This document shows, one piece after another, positions 14,852 through 21,926 of a stretch of 32,000 bases of DNA. Both the position numbers and the translations under genes were made by a program. The notes below the pieces were generated by a model, which searched no databases, was not told where the DNA came from, and was given only the letters and a program-made list of their open reading frames with translations. Source of the DNA: Desulfotalea psychrophila LSv54 (lineage in GTDB: Bacteria; Desulfobacterota; Desulfobulbia; Desulfobulbales; Desulfocapsaceae); contig NC_006139.1 of NCBI RefSeq assembly GCF_000025945.1, forward strand, positions 60,001-92,000, read 5' to 3'. Position 1 is the first letter of the stretch, and every line of letters starts with the position of its first letter.

Positions 14852-15094
14852 ATGCTACTTGTTTCAACAAAAGAGATTGGTGATGCTCTGCGACATAAGC
14901 GTAAACAGATGGGGCTTAGCCAGTCAGAACTTGGCAAGCGGGTAGGGCTTGATCAGAAAAAGGTATCATTGATGGAAAATGGCAACCCAAATACACGGGT
15001 GGAGAGTTTGTTACGTCTGCTTTCGGCATTGGAGTTAGGGGTAGTTTTGCAACCTAAGGCGGACTCTTCACAGAACGATAGTACAGATTTTTAA
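14852..15094 (+). CDS. XRE-family helix-turn-helix transcriptional regulator (HipB/Y4mF-like). An alternative start is at 14837.
   Basis: IGDALRHKRKQMGLSQSELGKRVGLDQKKVSLMENGNPNTRVESLLRLLSALELGVVLQPK is a classic Cro/C1-type HTH. GGGGGGAG lies just upstream of the ATG at 14852. Confidence 0.85.
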   Translation: MLLVSTKEIGDALRHKRKQMGLSQSELGKRVGLDQKKVSLMENGNPNTRVESLLRLLSALELGVVLQPKADSSQNDSTDF

Positions 15095-15140
15095 ATTCAT
15101 GAGTCCGCATAGGGATGTGAAAATTATTTATGGGAGCAAC

Positions 15141-16247
15141 ATGTCAATTTCTTTAGACAAACTAACCATTCGTGGCTTCAAATCCATCAGGGAGTTGGTT
15201 GATTTTGAGCTGGCTGATCTAAATGTGGTTGTGGGTGGAAATGGTGCCGGAAAAAGTAACCTGATTTCTTTTTTTAAAATGCTTCGAGCCCTGATCGACG
15301 GTAATTTAAACCGCTATGTAATAGAACACGGCGGCGCTGGTGATCTCCTTTTCAATGGCAGAAAAACAACTGAAAAAATGGAATTTGAAACCCACTTTAA
15401 TTCAAGAGGTTACCGTTTTAAATTGATTCCAACACCAAAAGATGCCTGTTCGCTTGAAGAGGAAGCTCGTTATTATGAGTCCGGCTTAACAGGTTGGTGG
15501 GAATTGGGAGACAGCCATGACGGTACGTCGCGCATGGTCAGCGAAGTGACGGAAAACAGATCCGATGGCCAGTACAGTAAACCGATATATGATGCCATTA
15601 GTTCCTGGCAGATTTATCACTTTCATGACACCGGTTCTAGGGCGGGTATGCGTCATTACGAGATTATTCAGGATAATAAAAGTCTACGTGCCGATGCCTC
15701 TAATATAGGGCCATTTTTGCTCAAACTCAAAAAGAAGCACCCGCAGGAATATAAAGATATCCTTAACGCCATTCGTCTAGTCACCCCCTTCTTTGAAGAT
15801 TTTCTTCTTGAACCACGAGAGAGTGGAAATAAGGAGGAGGTAAATATCAGCTGGAGGCAAAATGGATCGGATTATCCGATGCAACCTTACCACCTCTCCG
15901 ATGGCTCTATTCGATTTATCTGCCTGGCAACAGCCCTACTTCAACCTATGCCGCCAGCCGCAATAATCATTGATGAACCTGAGTTAGGGTTGCACCCTGC
16001 CGCCATTGTCATTCTAGCGGAACTCATCCAAATAGCCTCACAAAAGACACAGGTGATTATTGCCACTCAATCTCCCGCTTTGATGGATCAATTTGCCATT
16101 GAAGATATTATTGTTGTCAATCGGGAGGATGGCGCTTCAACATTCAAGAGACTGAAAGAGGAGAGCTTTTCAGAATGGTTGAAGAGTTATTCCGTCGGCG
16201 AGCTTTGGACCAAAAATGTGATTGCAGGAGGTCCGGTTCATGAGTGA
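15141..16247 (+). CDS. ABC/SMC-like AAA_21-type ATPase (OLD/AriA/AbiLi/PtuA-like ATPase module). An alternative upstream start is at 15099.
   Basis: MSISLDKLTIRGFKSIREL..VVVGGNGAGKSNLISF (Walker A); HLSDGSIRFICLATALL (ABC-signature-like); AAIIIDEPELGLHP (Walker B/D-loop); QVIIATQSPALMD. GGGAG lies 4 nt upstream of the ATG at 15141, whereas the ATG at 15099 has no SD. Confidence 0.85.
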   Translation: MSISLDKLTIRGFKSIRELVDFELADLNVVVGGNGAGKSNLISFFKMLRALIDGNLNRYVIEHGGAGDLLFNGRKTTEKMEFETHFNSRGYRFKLIPTPKDACSLEEEARYYESGLTGWWELGDSHDGTSRMVSEVTENRSDGQYSKPIYDAISSWQIYHFHDTGSRAGMRHYEIIQDNKSLRADASNIGPFLLKLKKKHPQEYKDILNAIRLVTPFFEDFLLEPRESGNKEEVNISWRQNGSDYPMQPYHLSDGSIRFICLATALLQPMPPAAIIIDEPELGLHPAAIVILAELIQIASQKTQVIIATQSPALMDQFAIEDIIVVNREDGASTFKRLKEESFSEWLKSYSVGELWTKNVIAGGPVHE

Positions 16248-16926
16248 TTTTATCGAGGTGATGGTCATTGTCGAAGGAAAAACTGAAGAGAACTTTGTTA
16301 AAAGCCTGTTAAGTAAATATCTTTCTGAAAGAAATATCTTTATGTCTGCCACACAAGTTACTAAACTGGGGCAAAAGGGCGGTGATGTTCGTTTTGAACG
16401 AGTTAAAAATGATATTGGACTTCACTTAAAACAACGGGCTGACACTTATGTAACCACATTGGTCGATTATTACGGCATAAAAGAATGGCCTGGGTTAGAT
16501 GAGGTTCCACCTCGGTCCACTCCGACCAAGATTGCACAAATTGTTAACCGAGCGACTAGCGATAAAGTGAGGGCGCTTTTTTCAAGTCTGAATACAGATC
16601 GACGCTTTGTGCCCTATATTGCAATTCATGAATTTGAGGCGTTACTATTTTCTGACAGTCGTATTCTTGCTTCAGAGCTAGGAATAAGTGAAGAGGAGGT
16701 TACATCTGTCCTCGTAAAATGCAGCGAGCCGGAGGCGATTAACAACAGTCCTGAAACGGCTCCCTCAAAGCGGCTTGATGGCTGGGCAAAGAACGGTAAA
16801 TTTGCAAAAACGAGTGCCGGAATTGCTATCGCCAAAATAATAGGAATTGCTGCTATGCGTGATAGATGCCCAGTTTTCAATGACTGGCTTGAAAGGTTGG
16901 AGATGATTCAGAGAGATTTGCCATGA
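16240..16926 (+). CDS. DUF4276-like (TOPRIM-like) protein, about 229 aa, translationally coupled to the ATPase. The track ORF starts at 16222.
   Basis: MSDFIEVMVIVEGKTEENFVKSLL (hhhVEGxxE, a TOPRIM-type acidic motif), LVDYYG, IAIHEFEALLFSD, NNSPETAPSKRLD. Size and motifs fit my recollection of DUF4276. AGGAGG lies 8 nt upstream of the ATG at 16240, and the start overlaps the ATPase stop (ATGAGTGA). Confidence 0.6.
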   Translation: MSDFIEVMVIVEGKTEENFVKSLLSKYLSERNIFMSATQVTKLGQKGGDVRFERVKNDIGLHLKQRADTYVTTLVDYYGIKEWPGLDEVPPRSTPTKIAQIVNRATSDKVRALFSSLNTDRRFVPYIAIHEFEALLFSDSRILASELGISEEEVTSVLVKCSEPEAINNSPETAPSKRLDGWAKNGKFAKTSAGIAIAKIIGIAAMRDRCPVFNDWLERLEMIQRDLP

Positions 16927-17198
16927 AACTGAAATTTAAGAAGTAAACCTATCAGGCAAGAACCCAGGGTGAAGGATTATTTTTAGGGCCGGCAATTGGC
17001 AAGATCGCTAAACACAAGCCGATCTACACAGAGAGCAGGGGAAAAGCCGGAGAGAATCTTCAGAAATAACTATTTGGGGACCATAAACTATAGCAGCGCT
17101 CAGACGAATTTAGACCTTCTATTAAATTTATCCTGCAGATGATTCTCCAAATACTTACTTTGGCAGGAGCGGGCTGCAGACACCTCCTTATCTTAATT

Positions 17199-17419
17199 GA
17201 AAACTACTTTCTTGTTTTGTTTACAAACTTATTTTTTGTTTTAATCACAAACTACTTTCTTGTTTTATTACAGGTTTATTTTTATGTGACAAATCTTCTG
17301 CCACCCTCAAAAAAAAAGATCATTGCAAACTAAGTGATTTATGCCTAAGCCATCAAAAATAATGGGTTATCTTATATTTTTCAGAGGGAAAATCGTAAGC
17401 ATTTTGTAAGTGTCTGAGG
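17199..17419 (+). repeat. Direct repeat copy B (about 221 bp; it carries a 43-bp insertion at 17303-17345 relative to copy A), right flank of the operon and upstream of the rep-like gene.
   Basis: See copy A. The offset between copies is 2812 bp. The insertion accctcaaaaaaaaagatcattgcaaactaagtgatttatgcc sits between the two conserved segments. Confidence 0.9.
17201..17272 (+). repeat. Three tandem 24-bp iteron-like units (cluster B), about 560 bp upstream of the rep-like gene.
   Basis: Same three units as cluster A, with one substitution in the third unit (ACTTTCTTG vs ACTTTTTTG). Confidence 0.75.
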
Positions 17420-17700
17420 ACAAAGAGTTCTGCTAATCGTCGGAGGATATTGAGAGTTGATGGGACGGATCTCTTCTCTCGTCCAACCCAAACGACAACA
17501 TTCCCCTTGCCAAAAAAAAAAGTATTAGGTAATTTCAGGCTGTGCTAAAAAAAAGCACAATGGGTTTGGAAGCCCATCCTGTCCACGGCGAATACACACG
17601 CCACCAGTCTGTTTTTTAAAGGTGGTTTTTTTATGCCTTTTGTTTAAGGCTATAGTATCGTGTATTCATATATCACAGCATTGAACCGCACAGAATTTCT

Positions 17701-17788
17701 AGGGCGGGCTATATGTGGGAGCTTCGGCTCGCTGGTTCCGTGGATCAGTCTTCCAACCCATATAGTCCCGCCCTTTTTTGTTTGGAAG
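17701..17788 (+). ncRNA. Structured RNA element or intrinsic-terminator-like long hairpin with a UUCG tetraloop sub-hairpin, a U6 tail and an alternative pairing. Possibly a rep-leader attenuator or a small regulatory RNA.
   Basis: GGGCGGG (17702-08) pairs with CCCGCCC (17767-73). CTATATG (17709-15) pairs with CATATAG (17759-65). The inner hairpin is GAGC-TTCG-GCTC (17719-30), followed by TTTTTT (17774-79). Alternative helix: CTTCCAA (17750-56) with TTGGAAG (17782-88). No plus-strand ORF ends upstream of it. Confidence 0.45.
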
Positions 17789-17829
17789 CAGAAGGGGGCG
17801 GTGAATCCTACAACCACGGAGACACTGCT

Positions 17830-18846
17830 ATGATAAGAAGAGGTTTCAGCAACATCTTTTCAGAGAAGACATTTGCAAGCAACGAACAATTCAACACCGC
17901 CTGCAGACAGCTCAGAATCACTCAAGACGTACAATTAATCTACTCAAGCCTTCACTGGCTTTCGCTCAAGACAGGCTATGCATGGCCTTCTCAGAGCTTT
18001 CTCGCCAACGAGATAGGACGCTCACTTCGTACCGTTAAATCGCACATTGCCAAGCTCAAGAGCCTTGGGCTCATAATCGTTAAGCAACGCAATAACGGGC
18101 AGACTGCCTTATACTATCCACTGCCTTTAAGCGAAGTAGCAGCACACCTCCCAGGATGCGCCCAGAGCCAAGCTGATGGGGTCAACGGACAGGGTGAACG
18201 CCATAGTGTCGCTGGATTTATCTCTCAGAAGGGCAATAAGCGCACCGCCACGAGGCACGATTCTGCACACCTCCATAATATAGAGATTAGTACAAGTACT
18301 ATTCCCCCTAAGTCCCCCACAGGGGAAGAGGCTGAGATTTCCTTCCTGAAACTTTGGGAGGTGTGGCCCATCCAACAGGCGAAGAAGTCAGCACGTAGAA
18401 TCTTCATGCGTCTCTACCGTCGTGGAATCATTCCTTCCGTGGAACACCTCTTGAGGATTGTGCAGAACCTGAAGAAATATGACAGGGCATGGATGAACGG
18501 CAAGGTTGCACAACTCCACCGATGGTTACGAGATGAGAGGTGGACAGATAAGGCCTTTAAAGGCCTACAGCCTGCCCCTGTGGCAGCACCCAAAGTCTCT
18601 AAGGCGATAGAACCTGAATTCACACCAGAAGAGCATAGGGCAAGGTCCAGCTACCTGGAACTGTCAGTGGCGGTTATGACCCGGAGGGCCTCCACCGCAT
18701 TGGATCATATCACAGAGAAAATTGTAGAAGGGCTAGGAGGGCTCCAGCGGCTACGAAAGAAGGGGATGACGTGTTTACCTATGGCAACTTCCTTGAAGAA
18801 TACAGAAGCTTACAGGCCGCTTAAGGACTTAGGGTGGTATTGTTGA
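17830..18846 (+). CDS. Winged-helix DNA-binding protein, plasmid/phage replication-initiator-like. The track ORF starts at 17713; I favour the ATG at 17830.
   Basis: YSSLHWLSLKTGYAWPSQSFLANEIGRSLRTVKSHIAKLKSLGLIIVKQRNNGQTALYYPLP is a typical wHTH of Rep/replication-organiser-type proteins. The C-terminal FLKLWEVWPIQQAKKSARRIF...RWLRDERWTD block is common in phage/plasmid replication-associated proteins. ACGGAGA lies upstream of the ATG at 17830. The first 39 codons of the track ORF coincide with the hairpin element. Confidence 0.6.
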   Translation: MIRRGFSNIFSEKTFASNEQFNTACRQLRITQDVQLIYSSLHWLSLKTGYAWPSQSFLANEIGRSLRTVKSHIAKLKSLGLIIVKQRNNGQTALYYPLPLSEVAAHLPGCAQSQADGVNGQGERHSVAGFISQKGNKRTATRHDSAHLHNIEISTSTIPPKSPTGEEAEISFLKLWEVWPIQQAKKSARRIFMRLYRRGIIPSVEHLLRIVQNLKKYDRAWMNGKVAQLHRWLRDERWTDKAFKGLQPAPVAAPKVSKAIEPEFTPEEHRARSSYLELSVAVMTRRASTALDHITEKIVEGLGGLQRLRKKGMTCLPMATSLKNTEAYRPLKDLGWYC

Positions 18847-18889
18847 TACCATTTTAAATTTGGCTCATGTTGCGTTTCGGGGTCGTAAC

Positions 18890-18918
18890 TTGGTAAAAGA
18901 ATGTTTTACTTTTACCAA
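18890..18918. repeat. Perfect 10-bp inverted repeat (hairpin) 44 nt downstream of the rep-like stop.
   Basis: TTGGTAAAAG-aatgtttta-CTTTTACCAA. There is no T-tract after it, so it is not a canonical intrinsic terminator. Confidence 0.6.
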
Positions 18919-18940
18919 CTACTTAAAAGAGTCTCACTAT

Positions 18941-19111
18941 ATGAAGGTAAACATAAAGACCCTGATAGATGATGTACAATGTTACGACACCGTGCGTGAG
19001 TTACGCTGGCCCGAAGGCCGAGAATGTCCGTTTTGTAATTCTAAGAAAGTTATCAAGAGAGGTTATGACGACAAGGAACCTGCAAGACAACGCTATGAGT
19101 GTAAAGGCTGA
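18941..19111 (+). pseudogene. IS1595-family (ISXO2-like) transposase N-terminal zinc-ribbon stub, truncated after about 56 codons.
   Basis: MKVNIKTLIDDVQCYDTVRELRWPEGRECPFCNSKKVIKRGYDDKEPARQRYECKG* matches the ..RWP.G..CP.C.S....K.G.......Y.CK.C.. N-terminal module of IS1595 transposases. The stop falls inside the second CxxC and no DDE domain follows. Confidence 0.7.
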
Positions 19112-19177
19112 AGTAGTACAATAAGTGCAACAGACTAAAGTTTGAAAAGTAAAAAATCAATTTAGAGAGGCAGATGA

Positions 19178-20227
19178 ATGGGAACATTAAATATCCTGGT
19201 GACAGGCGGGGCTGGTTATATCGGCAGTCATACCTGTCTGGAATTGTTAGAGGCAGGCTATGAGGTCACCGTTGTGGATGATCTGTCAAATTCGTGTTAT
19301 GAAGCCCTATCCCGGGTGGAGGCACTTACTGGAAAAAAAATAACCTTTCATCAGGTAAATGTCCTTGACCAGCAGGCCCTCGATGCTGTTTTTGTAAGTA
19401 GCAAAAAGCCCTTTGCCGCAGTGATTCATTTTGCGGGACTAAAGGCAGTTGGTGAGTCTGTGGCCAAGCCACTCCATTATTATCATAATAATGTCACGGG
19501 AACCCTTGTTCTCTGTGACCTTATGGCTAAGCACGGGGTGAAAAATATTATCTTCAGCTCTTCGGCAACGGTTTATGGTGATCCAGCAACTGTCCCCATA
19601 ACCGAAGATTTTCCTCTTTCCTGTACCAACCCCTACGGACGCACCAAATTGATGGTAGAGGAGATTCTTGCCGATCTCCACGGGGCAGACCATGAGTGGA
19701 ATGCCTGCCTGCTTCGCTATTTTAATCCTGTCGGAGCTCATAAGAGCGGCCGGATAGGGGAAGACCCCAATGGCATTCCCAACAACCTTATGCCTTATAT
19801 TGCCCAAGTCGCCATTGATCGTCTTGATTTCTTGTCAATTTTTGGCAATGATTACCCTACGGTCGATGGCACGGGGATGCGGGATTATATTCATGTGGTC
19901 GATCTGGCCAAAGGGCATGTCTGTGCTGTAAAAAAAGTTCTTGAGGGTCAGGGCATTACAACCTACAATTTGGGAACAGGTCGTGGCTACAGTGTACTTG
20001 AGATGGTGAGCGCCTTCTCCAGAACCTGCGGCCGTGATATCGCCTATAAAATAGTAGCGAGACGAGCGGGTGATATAGCAGAATGTTATGCGGATGCAAC
20101 CAAGGCATTAGATGAGCTTGACTGGTTGGCCTCCCTGGGCCTTACGGAAATGTGCGAAGACACTTGGCGCTGGCAGAAAAATAATCCCACGGGCTATCTC
20201 GGCAATAGAGAGGTAAGCGGTAGCTAA
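19178..20227 (+). CDS. galE: UDP-glucose 4-epimerase.
   Basis: [34 protein letters not shown].., ..SSSATVYG.., ..[14 protein letters not shown].., ..[10 protein letters not shown].. It is full length at 349 aa, with AGAGAGG upstream of the ATG. Confidence 0.95.
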   Translation: MGTLNILVTGGAGYIGSHTCLELLEAGYEVTVVDDLSNSCYEALSRVEALTGKKITFHQVNVLDQQALDAVFVSSKKPFAAVIHFAGLKAVGESVAKPLHYYHNNVTGTLVLCDLMAKHGVKNIIFSSSATVYGDPATVPITEDFPLSCTNPYGRTKLMVEEILADLHGADHEWNACLLRYFNPVGAHKSGRIGEDPNGIPNNLMPYIAQVAIDRLDFLSIFGNDYPTVDGTGMRDYIHVVDLAKGHVCAVKKVLEGQGITTYNLGTGRGYSVLEMVSAFSRTCGRDIAYKIVARRAGDIAECYADATKALDELDWLASLGLTEMCEDTWRWQKNNPTGYLGNREVSGS

Positions 20228-21140
20228 ATTACACTCCAGCGGCCAGTATACTCCAACTCTTCCTGACTGAGATTGCTAGGAAGCAATTGTCGGCACTCCT
20301 CTTCATTTTCAGCAAAAGGAAGTTTCTCGAATAGATACCTGAGGTAGGCGTATGGTTCAAGCTTACATACCTTAGCACTTTCGATCAGCGAATAGATTGT
20401 CGCGCTGGCCCGTGCACCTTCCGCTGTTCCAGCAAAGAGCCAGTTTTTCCGACCTATAACGAAGGGTCGAATTGCATTTTCAGCTAGGTTATTATCTGGT
20501 GTTGCCGCTGCACAATCGATAAATTGCTCGAGCCTATGCCATTGGGAAAGAGCATAGCCGATAGCTCTATCCAAAAGTCCTTTTGGCAAAACTTGGTCCT
20601 CTTTTTTGAACAACCAATCATGAAACTTCTGAAGCAGCACTTTGCTCTTTTCATTTCGAGCAGCAATAAGCTCCTGTCCAGATAAGCCATCATGGGCAAA
20701 CTCCTTTTCCAGGCGAGAAAGATCCCGTATGTAGTCAAAGCCATAGTAACACTGCCTGGCTTACCTGCTTTTTTGCCCCGAGCCTTATCGGCATCATGGA
20801 ATTTTCGACGCACGTGAGCCCAGCATCCAAGATGGACAATTTCTTGTTCTTTATCCAAAAAACCATATCCTGCATAGCCATCAGATTGCACCGTTCCCAC
20901 ATATCCTTGGAAAAATGTTGCCGCTACACTCGCTGAACGGGTTGATTCATAATGATAGAGCATAGATGGACGTGTAGGATCCCCACCCCGAAAAATCCAC
21001 CGAGGATTTGGTTTCGGCGGCACAACCTGGTTCTTGGAGCACTTGAATTGTTGTTTCATCAACATTTACCAAGGGCCCTGATAAAATCACTTGCTGAAGC
21101 AGCTTGCGAAGCGGCTCGCATTTATCAGCTATACTTTTAT
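20213..21140 (-). mobile_element. IS66-family element remnant: the 3' portion of the transposase (TnpC) with at least two frameshifts. It is 5'-truncated by the IS3-family insertion.
   Basis: Minus-strand fragments read ..KSIADKCEPLRKLLQQVILSGPLVNVDETTIQVLQEPG.., ..WIFRGGDPTRPSMLYHYESTRSASVAATFFQGYVGTVQSDGYAGYGFL..HLGCWAHVRRKFHDA.. and ..NLAENAIRPFVIGRKNWLFAGTAEGARASATIYSLIESAKVCKLEPYAYLRYLFEKLP.. in different frames. GTAAGCG at 20213-20219 resembles the conserved IS66 terminal sequence. Confidence 0.8.
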
Positions 21141-21506
21141 TGATCTTACCCCGATATTGTGGAGTCCATATTAACTCGTTATAATACGAGGAACAGGAGG
21201 CTCACATGGTTATACAAAAACATAGAAAATATGATGCAGATTTTAAACGTAGTACTATTCTTTTAAGTTTAGAACCTGTTAGAACTATTAGAGAAATTGC
21301 AGATAATCTAGGCATACATGTGGATTTTATCTATCAATGAAGAAAAAAATATGAAGAGCAGGGAGAGATAGCGTTCCCTGGTAACGGTATTCCAGCCCTT
21401 ACTTCTGAGCAGAAAAAGATCAAAGTGCTTGAGAAAGAATTAAAGAATATCACTATGGAGAGGGACATTCTAAAAAAAGCCATGGCCATTTTCAGCAGAA
21501 CACAGT
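21141..21506 (+). mobile_element. IS3-family element 5' fragment: IRL plus orfA (HTH_Tnp_1) with an in-frame TGA. It is cut off by the IS903-like insertion.
   Basis: TGATCTTACCCCGATATTGTGGAGTCC at 21141 closely resembles the IS3 left IR. ATG is at 21206 (AGGAGG upstream). Translation: MVIQKHRKYDADFKRSTILLSLEPVRTIREIADNLGIHVDFIYQ*RKKYEEQGEIAFPGNGIPALTSEQKKIKVLEKELKNITMERDILKKAMAIFS. The internal stop is at 21338-21340. Confidence 0.8.
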
Positions 21507-21850
21507 GGCCTTGTTGCACAAATAGAAGTTGCTGGCCTTGACGTTCTGGGTGGACAAGAAAGCGATTGAAGGCGGCACTATCGGAACAGTGTGGTCGTAG
21601 CCGCAAGTACACTGATGATGCACGACCTGTCTGATGTGGAACCATTTACAACTTGTCTCTCAGAGGTGCCGAAGGTTTTCTGAACTCAATTCTTGAACTG
21701 CTGACTCTGGAGCGGCAGTGCCCTGACACACCTGTAGTTAAGCGTGCAAAAACTGTTGAGATAAATTATAGGCTCCCAAGTCGTGGCCGATTAAGCATAT
21801 CGATTCGACTGGGTGTAAACCATGGAGGAGTAAGAGGGAGTTCGCAGCCC
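21507..21850 (+). mobile_element. IS5-family (IS903-group-like) element, 5' part only (copy 1). The right boundary is approximate.
   Basis: It starts GGCCTTGTTGCACAAATAGAAGTTGC (IS903-type IR) and is collinear with 25829-26060. It encodes ..LSLRGAEGFLNSILELLTLERQCPDTPVVKRAKTVEINYRLPSRG.., which resembles the N-terminal half of IS903 transposase. Similarity to copy 2 is lost after about 21845. Confidence 0.7.
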
Positions 21851-21926
21851 GTAAAGAGGGCTATAAATTACCATCTTCTGCTATTTTCCAGAGATTAGCA
21901 TTTAGCACAGCAGGTATCCCCGCAGC

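Noticed and set aside
17560-17645. Possible terminator CCACC-N15-GGTGG followed by T7 (about 17601-17632), and the small hairpin GTGCT-A7-AGCAC (about 17543-17559).
   Set aside because: The stems are only 5 bp, with a very large or A-only loop. They are much weaker than the 17701-17788 structure and no upstream ORF needs them.
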